Shown here piece after piece: positions 46,729 to 58,588 of a stretch of DNA of 64,000 bases. Numbering within the stretch: position 1 is the first letter of the stretch; the number at the start of each line of letters is the position of its first letter. Both the position numbers and the translations under genes were made by a program. A model generated the notes under the pieces. It saw only the letters and a program-made list of their open reading frames with translations, did no database searches and was not told the origin of the DNA. The stretch is from Alphaproteobacteria bacterium (lineage in GTDB: Bacteria; Pseudomonadota; Alphaproteobacteria; UBA828), in NCBI GenBank assembly GCA_965221125.1, contig CBDCRW010000007.1, forward strand, positions 768,001 through 832,000, read 5' to 3'.

Positions 46729-47739
46729 ATGAGGCGGCGCGAAACGCGAATCGGGATGAAACCCGCGTGCATGGCGGCAAGTGCGGCGCTCTTTGGCGCG
46801 CTGCTAATGGGCGGTGCAATGGCGCAGGAAGACGGCGCCGAAAGCTTTGCAGAGTGGCGCGAAGGCGTGCGTAACGAGGCGCTGGAGATCGGGATTAGTG
46901 CGGCGATTTTCGATGCTGCTTTCACAGATGTCGAGCCCATTCCGCGCGTGATCGAACTGGACCGTTCCCAACCTGAAGTCACCCTGACGTTTGATCAGTA
47001 CGTGGAGCGTGTGGTGCCCGAATCGCGGGTCGAGAAGGGGCGGACGCTGCTCACGGAGCACCGCGACCTGCTCGAGCCGATCGGCCGCAAGTACGGCGTG
47101 CCCCCGCGTTTCATCGTCGCACTCTGGGGCATCGAGACGAATTTCGGCCAGTATCTTGGCGGCTTCCCGGTGATCGCCTCCCTCGCCACGCTTGCCTACG
47201 ACGGTAGGCGCAGCGCCTATTTCCGCCAGGAGCTTCTGCAAGCGCTCCGCATCCTGGAGGACGGCCACATCACGCCGGAGGCGATGATGGGAAGCTGGGC
47301 CGGCGCCATGGGGCAGAGCCAGTTCATGCCGTCGAGCTTCGTGAACTACGCCGTGGACCATGACGGCGACGGCAGGCGCGACATCTGGGGCACGCAGGGC
47401 GACGTCTTCGCCTCCGCGGCCAACTATCTTGCGCAAGCCGGTTGGCGGGCCGGCGAGACCTGGGGGCGGCAGGTGACGCTGCCGTCGGGCTTCGACCATG
47501 CTCTCACCGGGCTGGAGGTGAAGAAGACCCTCGCCGAGTGGCAGGCCCTGGGTCTTCGCCGCGCCGACGGCAGTGACCTGCCGCAAGCCGACATCGGCGG
47601 CTCCGTGGTCCTGCCCGGTGGGGAAGGGGGGCCTGCCTACCTCGTCTACAACAACTACCGGACGATCATGCGGTGGAACCGGTCGTTCTACTTCGCAACA
47701 TCTGTCGGTCTGCTCGCCGACGGAATTGGAAGGCGGTGA
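46729..47739 (+). CDS. mltB: Lytic murein transglycosylase (MltB family)
   Basis: QPE, WGIETNFG, GSWAGAMGQSQFMPSS; start may be 46756. Confidence 0.92.
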   Translation: MRRRETRIGMKPACMAASAALFGALLMGGAMAQEDGAESFAEWREGVRNEALEIGISAAIFDAAFTDVEPIPRVIELDRSQPEVTLTFDQYVERVVPESRVEKGRTLLTEHRDLLEPIGRKYGVPPRFIVALWGIETNFGQYLGGFPVIASLATLAYDGRRSAYFRQELLQALRILEDGHITPEAMMGSWAGAMGQSQFMPSSFVNYAVDHDGDGRRDIWGTQGDVFASAANYLAQAGWRAGETWGRQVTLPSGFDHALTGLEVKKTLAEWQALGLRRADGSDLPQADIGGSVVLPGGEGGPAYLVYNNYRTIMRWNRSFYFATSVGLLADGIGRR

Positions 47740-47758
47740 CGGCCGGCCGCTCCGGCCG

Positions 47759-48712
47759 ATGACGCGGAAACCGCTCTTTCTCTTGTCGCTTGCGCTCGGC
47801 CTGCTCGCGCTCGCCGGCTGCAACGAGATGAAGCTCGCCCTCCACGTCGTCAAGAAGCTGAGCCTAGAGACGGAGGAGACGGAACCCCTGCCCGCAGCGG
47901 CAGAGGAGGAGGGTTACAAGCTCGGCGAGCCCTACGAGATCGATCACGTCTGGTATTTCCCGAACTACGACTCCAACTACGACCGGACCGGCGTCGCCTC
48001 CTGGTACGGGCATCCGTTCCACGGCCGGCCCACGGCCAACGGCGAGCGCTACGACATGAACGACGTCACCGCCGCCCATCCGACGCTGCCGCTCCCCAGC
48101 CGCGTGCGCGTGACCAACCTGGAAAACGGCCGGCAGCTGATCGTGCGCGTGAACGACCGCGGGCCCTTCATCGATGGGCGGCTCATTGACGTCTCCCGCC
48201 GTGCCGCGCAGCTTCTCGGCTTCTACCGCACGGGCCTGGCCGAGGTCCGGGTCGAGTATCTCGGCCTGGACCATCTCGAGCCCGACGTGCCGTGGCCCGC
48301 GGATTCGCCGAAGACCCTGCTGGCCAACGGCACGCCGTCCGAGACCGCCACGTCTCACGAAGTAGCGTCTTCGGCCGGGGCGGTCGAGCGGCCGCCGGTC
48401 AAGCCGGTACGCAAGGCGGCTCTCGACCCGCCGCAAACGGAGAATGGGCGCACAGCGGCCAGTGCAGGCCGGTCGCGGGGTTTCCTGGTGGAAGCTGCAG
48501 TGATGGAGGGGCGCGACGACGCCGACCGCCTGAGCGCCATCGTGCGCTCGCTCGGCACCGTCGCCGTCGAGCCGGAGCGGCGCAGCGGTCGCGTGGTCTT
48601 TGCGGTCCGCATCGGCCCGGTCGACTCCGACGACGAGGCGGCCACCATTCTCGCGCAACTCAATCAGGCGGGGCTCAAGGAGTCGCATATCATCGCGGCC
48701 GGATACCGCTAG
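47759..48712 (+). CDS. rlpA: Septal ring lytic transglycosylase RlpA with SPOR domain
   Basis: Lipobox LAGC; GVASWYG, TAAHPTLP, VNDRGPF. Confidence 0.93.
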   Translation: MTRKPLFLLSLALGLLALAGCNEMKLALHVVKKLSLETEETEPLPAAAEEEGYKLGEPYEIDHVWYFPNYDSNYDRTGVASWYGHPFHGRPTANGERYDMNDVTAAHPTLPLPSRVRVTNLENGRQLIVRVNDRGPFIDGRLIDVSRRAAQLLGFYRTGLAEVRVEYLGLDHLEPDVPWPADSPKTLLANGTPSETATSHEVASSAGAVERPPVKPVRKAALDPPQTENGRTAASAGRSRGFLVEAAVMEGRDDADRLSAIVRSLGTVAVEPERRSGRVVFAVRIGPVDSDDEAATILAQLNQAGLKESHIIAAGYR

Positions 48713-48818
48713 AATTGCCCTTTCGCTTGGCCAGCCCCCCGGCGACGGTGTACATCTTGCTGGCTGCGACAATGCGACGCGGGGGAGCCGGAACGTGATG
48801 GCCAATCGAGGAAGCCCG

Positions 48819-49982
48819 ATGCACCGTCGTGTCGCGCCTGCCGTATTCTGCTTCGCGCTCTGCCTGTTGGTGGTTGGCGCCTTCATTGCGGGGTCGCAGT
48901 CCCGGCCGGCTGCCGCAGTCGACACGGAAGCGCAGCAGTTCATCCTGATGGATGCCGGGACCGGCATGGTGCTGGCCGAGAAGAACGCCGACGAGCCCAT
49001 GCACCCGGCGTCCATGAGCAAGATCATGACGCTCTACGTCGCCTTCGAGCATCTGGCGGACGGCCAGCTCACCATGGAGGACACCTTCACGGTGAGCAAG
49101 AAAGCGTGGCGCATGAAAGGGTCACGCATGTTTCTTGAGGTCAATTCGAAGGTGACCGTGGGCGAATTGCTGCGGGGCATCGTCGTGCAGTCCGGCAACG
49201 ACGCCAGCATCGTGATCGCCGAGGGCCTGGCCGGGTCGGAGTCCGCCTTCGCTGACCTGATGAACGAGAAGGCCGCCGAGCTCGGCCTCGACGACAGCCA
49301 CTTCGTCAACTCCACCGGCTGGCCCGATGTCGAACACATGACCACAGCGCGCGACATGGCCGAGCTGTCGCGACGCATCATCATCGACTTCCCCGAGTAC
49401 TACCCGCTGTTTGCCGAGAAGACCTACACCTACAACGGCATCAAGCAGGGCAACCGCAACCCGCTGCTCTACCGTTTCGACGGGGCGGACGGGCTCAAGA
49501 CGGGATACACGCAGGCTTCGGGCCACGGCCTTGCGGCGTCGGCCAAGCGCGGCGAGCAGCGCCTGGTGCTGGTCGTGAACGGGATCAATGGCGTCGATGT
49601 CCGGGCGCGGGAGTCGGAACGCCTGCTGGCTTACGGATTTCGCGCGTTCAAGACCTACGTCCTGTTCCGCGCGGGTGAGGTGGTCGACGAGTTCGAGGTC
49701 TGGATGGGAGAAGCCGACGCGCTGCCGCTGGTCGTGGAAAGCGACGTGGTGCTGATGATGCCGCGCAAGTCGCGCAAGGAGATGATCGTCAAGGTCGTGG
49801 CCGACGGTCCGGTCGCGGCGCCGGTCGAGAGGGGGACACGGGTGGCCAAGCTCGTGGTGAGCGCACCGAACGTGGAGACGCGCGAATGGCCGCTGGTCGC
49901 CGGCGGAACGGTGGACAGCCTCTCCGGATTCGGAAGGATCGGGGCCGCGATCGACGCGCTGATCTGGGGCCGGGGCGGGTAG
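48819..49982 (+). CDS. dacA: D-alanyl-D-alanine carboxypeptidase
   Basis: PASMSK (SxxK), SGN, KTG; start 48819 or 48798. Confidence 0.93.
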   Translation: MHRRVAPAVFCFALCLLVVGAFIAGSQSRPAAAVDTEAQQFILMDAGTGMVLAEKNADEPMHPASMSKIMTLYVAFEHLADGQLTMEDTFTVSKKAWRMKGSRMFLEVNSKVTVGELLRGIVVQSGNDASIVIAEGLAGSESAFADLMNEKAAELGLDDSHFVNSTGWPDVEHMTTARDMAELSRRIIIDFPEYYPLFAEKTYTYNGIKQGNRNPLLYRFDGADGLKTGYTQASGHGLAASAKRGEQRLVLVVNGINGVDVRARESERLLAYGFRAFKTYVLFRAGEVVDEFEVWMGEADALPLVVESDVVLMMPRKSRKEMIVKVVADGPVAAPVERGTRVAKLVVSAPNVETREWPLVAGGTVDSLSGFGRIGAAIDALIWGRGG

Positions 49983-49998
49983 GGCACCACGCTGCCGC

Positions 49999-50637
49999 AT
50001 GACGCGCGGACGCTTCATCACGCTGGAAGGCGGCGACGGCGCCGGCAAGTCCCTTCAGGCCGCTCTGCTTCGTGATGTGCTGGAAGCGCGTGGCGTCAGC
50101 ACGCTGCTGACCCGCGAGCCGGGCGGTTCGCCCGGTGCCGAGGAAATCCGCCGCCTCTTGGTCTCCGGCCCGGTGGAGCGTTGGGAGCCGCTGGCCGAGG
50201 CCATGCTCCATGCGGCCGCGCGGCGGGATCATCTGTTGCAGACCATCGAGCCGGCGCTGAAGCAGGGACTCTGGGTCATCTCGGACCGCTTCGTGGATTC
50301 CATGATCGTCTACCAGGGCTACGGCCAGAGCGCCGACCTCGATGTCCTGGAACGCCTCAGCGACCTCTCTCTCGAAGGATTCAAGCCGGACCTTACGGTG
50401 GTGCTGGATATCCCTGTGGCGGAAGGGCTGAGGCGTGCCGAGGCGCGTGCCGGATCGAACCGCTACGAGCGCATGGGCAGCGACTTTCACGAGCGGGTGC
50501 GAGAGGGTTTTTTGGCCCGCGCACGCGCGGAGCCAAAGCGCTTCGCAGTGGTGGATGCGACGGCAGATCCCGATACGGTAAGCCGAGAGATCCTGGACAT
50601 TGTGGCAGCGCGCCTGCCGGTTTCGTTCAATGACTGA
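49999..50637 (+). CDS. tmk: Thymidylate kinase
   Basis: FITLEGGDGAGKS, TREPGG, SDRF, YQG. Confidence 0.96.
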   Translation: MTRGRFITLEGGDGAGKSLQAALLRDVLEARGVSTLLTREPGGSPGAEEIRRLLVSGPVERWEPLAEAMLHAAARRDHLLQTIEPALKQGLWVISDRFVDSMIVYQGYGQSADLDVLERLSDLSLEGFKPDLTVVLDIPVAEGLRRAEARAGSNRYERMGSDFHERVREGFLARARAEPKRFAVVDATADPDTVSREILDIVAARLPVSFND

Positions 50638-51709
50638 GAGCGCCGATTCGGCCTTCGCCTGGCCGGAGCCGCGCGAGAATCCTCATCTCGTCGGGCACCA
50701 CGGCGCTACCAGCGTTTTCATGGGCGCATGGCACAGCGGCAGGCTCGCGCATGCCTGGCTGATCGCCGGGCCCCGCGGCATCGGCAAGGCAACGCTGGCC
50801 TATCGCTTCGCGCGCTTCGCGCTTGACGGCGGCCGGGGGGGCGGTGAGGACGGGCTGGACATGTCGCCCGATCATCCCGTCTTTCGGCGAATCGCGGCCG
50901 GCGGCCACAGCGATTTGGCCGTCATCGAACGCGGCATCGGCGACCGGGGGCGGCTCCGGGCCGAGATCGTGGTGGAGGATGTGCGGGCCGCGAATGCCTT
51001 CCTCTCGCTCACGGCGGGCGAGGACGGCTGGCGCGTGGTGATCGTCGACGCGGCCGACGAGATGAACCGGAACGCCGCCAACGCGCTGCTGAAGCGCCTG
51101 GAGGAGCCGCCCGGTCGCGTGCTCTTCCTCCTCGTGAGCCACGCGCCGAGCCGCGTGCCGGCGACGCTTCGCTCGCGCTGCCGCGTGCTCTCCCTGTCGC
51201 CGCTCTCCGCAACGGCGCTCGATGGACTGCTGGCAGACGCCATGCCCGCTCTGCCGGCGGAAGAGCGCCGGGTCCTGGGTCTGCTCGCCGAGGGCAGCCC
51301 CGGCCGCGCGGCGGCGCTGGCCGAGCAGGGGGGTGTCGCGCTTTACCAACGCCTTATCGGGCTGGTCGGCACATTGCCTGTGCTCGACGCAGGGCCGCTG
51401 CACGAACTCGCCGACGGGCTCTCGGGCCGGGACGGCGTGGACCGCATGCGCACGCTTTTCGAGCTGATCCTCTGGTGGCTCGGCCGCTCGATCCGCGCGT
51501 CGGCACGGGGCGAGCTGCAGACGATGGAGGAGGTGGTGCCCGGCGAAAGGGCGTGCGCCGCCTTCCTGCAGGGAGCGGCGCTTGATCGCTGGGTCGCCGT
51601 GTGGGAAAACCTCGGCCGCTCGTTCGCAGACGCGGACGGGCTGAATTTCGACCCCCGGCAGGTCCTGATCGGTGCATTCTCAGCGCTGCAGGAGGCCGCG
51701 CGGGCCTAA
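50630..51709 (+). CDS. holB: DNA polymerase III subunit delta'
   Basis: HAWLIAGPRGIGKATLA, AANALLK.LEEPP, SRC. Confidence 0.94.
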   Translation: MTESADSAFAWPEPRENPHLVGHHGATSVFMGAWHSGRLAHAWLIAGPRGIGKATLAYRFARFALDGGRGGGEDGLDMSPDHPVFRRIAAGGHSDLAVIERGIGDRGRLRAEIVVEDVRAANAFLSLTAGEDGWRVVIVDAADEMNRNAANALLKRLEEPPGRVLFLLVSHAPSRVPATLRSRCRVLSLSPLSATALDGLLADAMPALPAEERRVLGLLAEGSPGRAAALAEQGGVALYQRLIGLVGTLPVLDAGPLHELADGLSGRDGVDRMRTLFELILWWLGRSIRASARGELQTMEEVVPGERACAAFLQGAALDRWVAVWENLGRSFADADGLNFDPRQVLIGAFSALQEAARA

Positions 51710-51727
51710 CCGGCAGGACCGGAATCC

Positions 51728-53287
51728 ATGGTGCCTCGAGCGGCCTACTACCTGACCACACCGATCTACTATGTGAACGATTCGCCCCACATCGGGCACG
51801 CCTATACGTCGCTCGCCTGCGACGTGCTGGCCCGCTTCATGCGACTCGACGGCCGCGACGTGATGTTCCTCACCGGAACCGACGAGCACGGCCAGAAGGT
51901 CCAGAAATCCGCCATAGCCGCCGGCATGGAGCCGCAGGACTTCGTCGACCAGGTCTCGGAGCGGTTTCGCGCCCTCGGCGAGGTCATGGACTACAGCAAC
52001 GACGACTTCATCCGCACCACGGAGGATCGCCACACCCGTTCGTGCCAGGAGCTGTGGCGCCGGATCGAGGCCAACGGACACATCTACCTCGGCAAGTATG
52101 CGGGCTGGTACTCGGTGCGGGAGGAGGCGTTCTGCACCGAATCGGAGGTCAGGGACGGCCCCGACGGCGGCAAGGTGACGGTGGCGGATGGCTCGCCGGT
52201 CGAATGGGTCGAGGAGCCCAGCTATTTCTTCCGCCTCTCGGACTGGCAGGAGCCGCTGCTCGAATTCTACGAGAAGAACCCCGAGGCGGTCGCACCCCAG
52301 AGCCGCCGCAACGAGGTCATCAGCTTCGTTTCCGGTGGACTGAACGACCTCTCCGTTTCGCGCGCGAGCCTGAAATGGGGCATTCCCGTGCCGGACGCTC
52401 CCGACCACACCATGTACGTGTGGCTCGATGCGCTCACCAACTACATCAGCGCCGCAGGATTCCCGGACACTGAGAGCCACACGTGGCAAACCTACTGGCC
52501 CGCCGACCTGCACATGGTGGGCAAGGACATCCTGCGCTTTCACACGGTCTACTGGCCGGCCTTCCTGATGGCCGCAGGCGTGGAGCCGCCGAGCCGCGTC
52601 TTCGCCCACGGCTGGTGGACGAACGAAGGCGAGAAGATGTCGAAATCGCTGGGCAACGTGATCGACCCGCACGACATCGTCGCGCGCTACGGGCTCGACG
52701 CCGTGCGCTACTTCCTGCTGCGCGCACTGCCCTTCGGCAGCGACGGCGATTTCTCGCACCGGGCCATCGTCGGGCGCATGAACGACGACCTGGCGAACGA
52801 CTACGGCAATCTGGCGCAGCGGGTGCTGACCATGGTCAACCGCAATTGCGACGCCGCCGTGCCCGAGCCGGGCGCCTTCGCGCCGGCCGACAATGCGCTG
52901 CTGAGCGCGGCGGAGGCGCTGGTGGAGACGGTGCGCACCGACCTCGGCAAGCAGGGGTTTCACCGCGCGCTGATCCACATCTGGGAGGTCGTGGGCCAGG
53001 CCAACCGCTACGTCGACGAGCAGGCGCCCTGGGTGCTGCGCAAGGAAGACCCCGCACGGATGGCAACGGTGCTCTACGTCGTGATCGAGACGCTGCGTCA
53101 TCTGGCGGTGCTGACCCAGCCCTACATGCCGGCCTCGAGCGGGCGCATGCTGGACCAGCTGGGCGTGGCGGAGGACGCGCGCACGCTGGCGGCGCTCGGC
53201 CCGGAAGGGCGCCTCGTGCCGGGCACGGCGCTGCCCAAGCCCGAGCCAGTTTTCCCGCGGTTTGTCGAGGATAGCGCATCTTCCTGA
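51728..53287 (+). CDS. metG: Methionyl-tRNA synthetase
   Basis: HIGH, TGTDEHGQK, YVWLDAL, KMSKS. Confidence 0.97.
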   Translation: MVPRAAYYLTTPIYYVNDSPHIGHAYTSLACDVLARFMRLDGRDVMFLTGTDEHGQKVQKSAIAAGMEPQDFVDQVSERFRALGEVMDYSNDDFIRTTEDRHTRSCQELWRRIEANGHIYLGKYAGWYSVREEAFCTESEVRDGPDGGKVTVADGSPVEWVEEPSYFFRLSDWQEPLLEFYEKNPEAVAPQSRRNEVISFVSGGLNDLSVSRASLKWGIPVPDAPDHTMYVWLDALTNYISAAGFPDTESHTWQTYWPADLHMVGKDILRFHTVYWPAFLMAAGVEPPSRVFAHGWWTNEGEKMSKSLGNVIDPHDIVARYGLDAVRYFLLRALPFGSDGDFSHRAIVGRMNDDLANDYGNLAQRVLTMVNRNCDAAVPEPGAFAPADNALLSAAEALVETVRTDLGKQGFHRALIHIWEVVGQANRYVDEQAPWVLRKEDPARMATVLYVVIETLRHLAVLTQPYMPASSGRMLDQLGVAEDARTLAALGPEGRLVPGTALPKPEPVFPRFVEDSASS

Positions 53288-53307
53288 GATCGCTTGCGAG
53301 GGCACGA

Positions 53308-54102
53308 ATGCTGGTCGACAGCCACTGCCATCTCGACTTTCCGGACTTCAGCGACGACCTTGACGGCGTGCTCGCGCGCGCGGCCGAAGCGGGCGTGGGC
53401 ACGGTGCAGACGATCTGCACCCGCGTGACTCAATTCGATTCGGTCCGTGCTCTGGCCGAGAACAATGAGAGAATCTGGTGCTCGGTCGGCATCCATCCGC
53501 ACCATGTCGCGGAGGAGCCGGCGGTGACTGCCGACCACCTCGTGCGGATGGCGGAACACCCGAAGGTCATCGGCATCGGCGAGACCGGGCTCGATTTCCA
53601 CTACGACAACAGCCCGAGGCCGCAGCAGGAGGCGAGCTTCCGTCAGCACATCGCGGCCGCCAGGCAGACCGGGCTGCCGCTCATCGTCCACACGCGCTCG
53701 GCCGATGAAGACACTTGCCGAATTCTGCGCGAGGAAGCGGGGAAGGGGGCCTTCCCCGGCGTGATCCACTGCTTCAGCGCGGGCCGCGCGGTCGCCGAGA
53801 CGGCGCTGGAAATCGGATTTCACGTTTCGTTCTCAGGGATCCTGACCTTCAAGAATGCAGAGGAGGTGCGCGCCGTCGCCCGCGACGTGCCGGTGGACCG
53901 GCTGCTGGTGGAGACCGATGCGCCCTATCTCGCGCCGGTGCCTCACCGCGGGCGACGCAACGAGCCTGCGCACGTGGTCCATACCGCCGCGCGGCTCGCC
54001 GACATCAAGGGGCTGGACGAGGCGGAATTGGCCCGTGCGACGACCGATAATTTCTTCAGATTGTTTTCCAAATCCGTACCACATCAGTCTGCAATGCAAT
54101 GA
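53308..54102 (+). CDS. tatD: TatD family hydrolase
   Basis: DSHCHL, GETGLD, HCFS, ETDAPYLAP. Confidence 0.94.
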   Translation: MLVDSHCHLDFPDFSDDLDGVLARAAEAGVGTVQTICTRVTQFDSVRALAENNERIWCSVGIHPHHVAEEPAVTADHLVRMAEHPKVIGIGETGLDFHYDNSPRPQQEASFRQHIAAARQTGLPLIVHTRSADEDTCRILREEAGKGAFPGVIHCFSAGRAVAETALEIGFHVSFSGILTFKNAEEVRAVARDVPVDRLLVETDAPYLAPVPHRGRRNEPAHVVHTAARLADIKGLDEAELARATTDNFFRLFSKSVPHQSAMQ

Positions 54103-54869
54103 AAATAACCGTTCTCGGTTGCGGCACGTCGAGCGGGGTCCCGATGATCGGCTGCGACTGTGCGGTGTGTCGCTCGCCCGATCCGCGCAACCGGCGGCGG
54201 CGGGTCTCGGTGCTGGTCGATTCGGGCGATTCCCGGCTCCTGATCGACACGCCGCCGGACCTGCACGCGCAACTGGTCGATGCGGACGTCTCGCGCCTCG
54301 ACGCCGTGCTGTACACGCACGGCCATGCCGATCACGTGCACGGGATCGACGACCTACGCTCTATCAACTTCCAGATGGGGCAGGCGCTCGATGCCTACGG
54401 CTCTGCCAGGACGCTGGCAGCCATCATGGGCCGCTTCGCCTATGCGTTCGGGCCCATGGGCACCAGGGGCTGGGCCAGGCCCAGCCTCAACGCGGTCGAA
54501 GTCGACGGCCCGTTCGATGCCGGCGGCCTTGCGGTCCTGCCATTCCCGCAGGAGCACGGGCGCAGCGTCACCACGGGCTATCGCATCGGCGACATGGCGT
54601 ACTCGACCGACGTGAAGGCGTTACCGGAGGAGGCCTTCGCGGCGTTGGACGGCGTCAAGCTCTGGATCGTCGATTGCCTCGGCTACCGCGAGCATCCGAC
54701 GCACGCGCACCTGGACCTCACGCTGGAATGGATCGCGCGGGCGAGGCCGAAGCTCGCCGTGCTCACGCACATGTCCCATCAGTTCGATTACGAGACTCTG
54801 CTTGCCGCGTTGCCGGACGGCGTAGTGCCGGGCCACGACGGGCTCACGATCGAGACGGACGCGCTGTGA
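54099..54869 (+). CDS. MBL-fold metallo-hydrolase (PhnP/YcfH-neighbour type)
   Basis: LGCGTSSGVP..GC.C..C, THGHADHVHG. Confidence 0.92.
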   Translation: MKITVLGCGTSSGVPMIGCDCAVCRSPDPRNRRRRVSVLVDSGDSRLLIDTPPDLHAQLVDADVSRLDAVLYTHGHADHVHGIDDLRSINFQMGQALDAYGSARTLAAIMGRFAYAFGPMGTRGWARPSLNAVEVDGPFDAGGLAVLPFPQEHGRSVTTGYRIGDMAYSTDVKALPEEAFAALDGVKLWIVDCLGYREHPTHAHLDLTLEWIARARPKLAVLTHMSHQFDYETLLAALPDGVVPGHDGLTIETDAL

Positions 54870-54918
54870 TGCGCGCGGTAAGCCATTGTGCGACCTCTAA
54901 CTATCGGAATCGCCTAAC

Positions 54919-54946
54919 ATTTCCCATAATATACCTTATGCGAATT
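54919..54946 (-). other. dif site (XerCD chromosome dimer resolution site)
   Basis: Minus strand AATTCGCATAA-GGTATA-TTATGGGAAAT vs E. coli dif GGTGCGCATAA-TGTATA-TTATGTTAAAT; intergenic AT-rich patch. Confidence 0.85.
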
Positions 54947-55053
54947 ATGCCTCAAGCGAGTCGCATGCGTCGGACGTCGTTGTGCACGGCGCCAACGGTC
55001 CTTGAGACCGCTCCCTTCTCTCCGGGCCCGGACGCAGCAACGACACGAATACG

Positions 55054-55983
55054 ATGAGCGAGACCCCACCACCCAGCCGCCAGGACGACGACGACGCAGC
55101 GGGAACACGGCCCCCCGCCGGCATCGATCGGCTGCTGGAGGTCATGGCGCGGCTGCGCGATCCGGCCGGCGGTTGCCCGTGGGACCTCGAGCAGAGTTTT
55201 GCGACCATCGCGCCCTACACCATCGAGGAAGCCTACGAGGTCGCCGAGGCGATCCGGCAGGACGACCGCGAGGCGCTCCGCGACGAACTGGGCGACCTGC
55301 TGCTGCAGGTGGTCTTCCACGCGCAGATGGCGCGCGAGGACGGCAGCTTCGACTTCGACCAGGTCGCGCGGGGCATCGCGGACAAGATGATCCGCCGCCA
55401 CCCCAACGTCTTCGGCGACGACGATTCCGAGGCGCGCAGGTCGGCGCGGGCGCAGATGCGGTCCTGGGAGGCCCAGAAGGCCGCCGAGCGCGACGCCAGG
55501 GCGCACGCCGAAGGGCGCCGGCCCAGCGTGCTCGATGGGGTGGCGCTGGCCCTCCCTGCCCTGCTCCGCGCCGAAAAGCTGCAGAAGCGCGCCGCCCGCG
55601 TGGGCTTCGACTGGCCGGATACAGGGCCCGTGTTCGCCAAGGTGCTGGAAGAGGTGGCCGAGCTGCGGGAGGCCGCGGCGACAACGAGTGCGTCGAAGGC
55701 GGCGGACCCGGCCGTCGCGGAAGAGGTCGGCGACTTGCTGTTTGCCTGCGTCAACCTGGCACGCCACCTAGGCGTCGAGCCCGAGGGCGCGCTCCGCGCC
55801 GCCAATGCCAAATTCACGGCGCGTTTCCATCACGTCGAGATGGCGCTTGCGAACTCGGGGCGCGATGCGGACAAGGTGGGACTCGCCGAGCTGGACCGCC
55901 TGTGGGATGAGGCGAAGCGGGCGGAGCGCAGCTCATCAGCCGGTCCGGCGACGGTCGATCCGACGCGAGCGGGAAACGAGTAG
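55054..55983 (+). CDS. mazG: Nucleoside triphosphate pyrophosphohydrolase
   Basis: LRDP..GCPWD, EEAYEV, ELGDLLLQVVFH, RRHP, GFDW, EVGDLLF. Confidence 0.95.
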   Translation: MSETPPPSRQDDDDAAGTRPPAGIDRLLEVMARLRDPAGGCPWDLEQSFATIAPYTIEEAYEVAEAIRQDDREALRDELGDLLLQVVFHAQMAREDGSFDFDQVARGIADKMIRRHPNVFGDDDSEARRSARAQMRSWEAQKAAERDARAHAEGRRPSVLDGVALALPALLRAEKLQKRAARVGFDWPDTGPVFAKVLEEVAELREAAATTSASKAADPAVAEEVGDLLFACVNLARHLGVEPEGALRAANAKFTARFHHVEMALANSGRDADKVGLAELDRLWDEAKRAERSSSAGPATVDPTRAGNE

Positions 55984-56110
55984 AGCGTTTCACCCCCGCT
56001 GCAAGCCGGGGGCCCCTCCCCGATCCCCTTTTCGACCATGGTGCGGTGCATGGCGCGTGGTCAGCGCGACATTGGCCGTGAGCGGGGCGGGGAACCTCGC
56101 TGGATACGAG

Positions 56111-56134
56111 AAAGGGGGCCGCGCGGCCCCCTTT
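56111..56134. terminator. Intrinsic terminator between convergent mazG and groEL
   Basis: AAAGGGGGCC-GCGC-GGCCCCCTTT(T) perfect hairpin with T-runs on both strands. Confidence 0.85.
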
Positions 56135-56159
56135 TCGAAATCTGGCGGATGGCAGGCAG

Positions 56160-57857
<1,698 letters not shown>

Positions 57858-57901
57858 CGCCGATTGCTCCGGATTCGCTGTCTATGCAGGCAGGTGCGGC
57901 G

Positions 57902-58189
57902 TCACTCGATCACACCCATGATGTCAGATTCCTTCATGATCAAGAGCTCTTCGCCCTCGACCTTGACCTCCGAGCCCGACCACTTGCCGAAGAGGATGCG
58001 ATCGCCCGCCTTCACGTCGAGCGGGGTTACCTTGCCGTCCTCGCTGCGCTCGCCGGAGCCCGCCGCGACGACCTCGCCTTCCTGCGGCTTCTCCTGGGCG
58101 GTGTCGGGAATGATGATGCCGCCTGCCGTTTTCTGGTCCTGCTCAATCCGCCGCACCAGCACGCGGTCGTGCAAAGGCCTGATCTTCAT
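57902..58189 (-). CDS. groES: Co-chaperonin GroES
   Basis: [28 protein letters not shown]; GGAGG RBS. Confidence 0.97.
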   Translation of the reverse strand: MKIRPLHDRVLVRRIEQDQKTAGGIIIPDTAQEKPQEGEVVAAGSGERSEDGKVTPLDVKAGDRILFGKWSGSEVKVEGEELLIMKESDIMGVIE

Positions 58190-58245
58190 GCCGCCCTCCA
58201 GAGACGTGAACGCGTCCAACGCACGTGTGCCGCTCCGAGCGATTG

Positions 58246-58272
58246 TTAGCGCTCTGGCGCGGCGAGTGCCAA
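58246..58272 (-). promoter_or_regulatory. CIRCE element (HrcA operator)
   Basis: TTGGCACTC-N9-GAGCGCTAA on the minus strand vs consensus TTAGCACTC-N9-GAGTGCTAA. Confidence 0.9.
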
Positions 58273-58273
58273 C

Positions 58274-58302
58274 TTAATAGGGAGACGGCCGGGCGGTGTC
58301 AA
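58274..58302 (-). promoter_or_regulatory. groES promoter
   Basis: TTGACA(58302-58297)-17 nt-TATTAA, with CCCTAT resembling an alphaproteobacterial RpoH -10, directly before CIRCE. Confidence 0.65.
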
Positions 58303-58521
58303 CTATCAGGCAAAGCGATGGACGCGCCTGCGCTCGTGGCTGCCGTTCTCAGATTGTTCCGCGTTCATTCCAATCCAGAATTCCGTCGCCCCAGTCACCT
58401 ATCGAATGTCGACAGGCATCTGCACCGCTCGGCTGCGAGTTGTGCCGCCTCGAGCCTCAACCCCGCCTCGCCAGACATTAGCGGGGCAAGAACAGGAAGT
58501 ATTTATAAGGTATTGAAGAAT

Positions 58522-58549
58522 ATTACGCTGATTATACATTATGTAAATT
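58522..58549 (-). other. Second, degenerate dif-like site
   Basis: Minus strand AATTTACATAA-TGTATA-ATCAGCGTAAT; 20/28 identical to the 54919 site in direct orientation. Confidence 0.5.
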
Positions 58550-58588
58550 CAGCCGCGATTCGATTGTGGAGGCGGCCTGGAACATCGC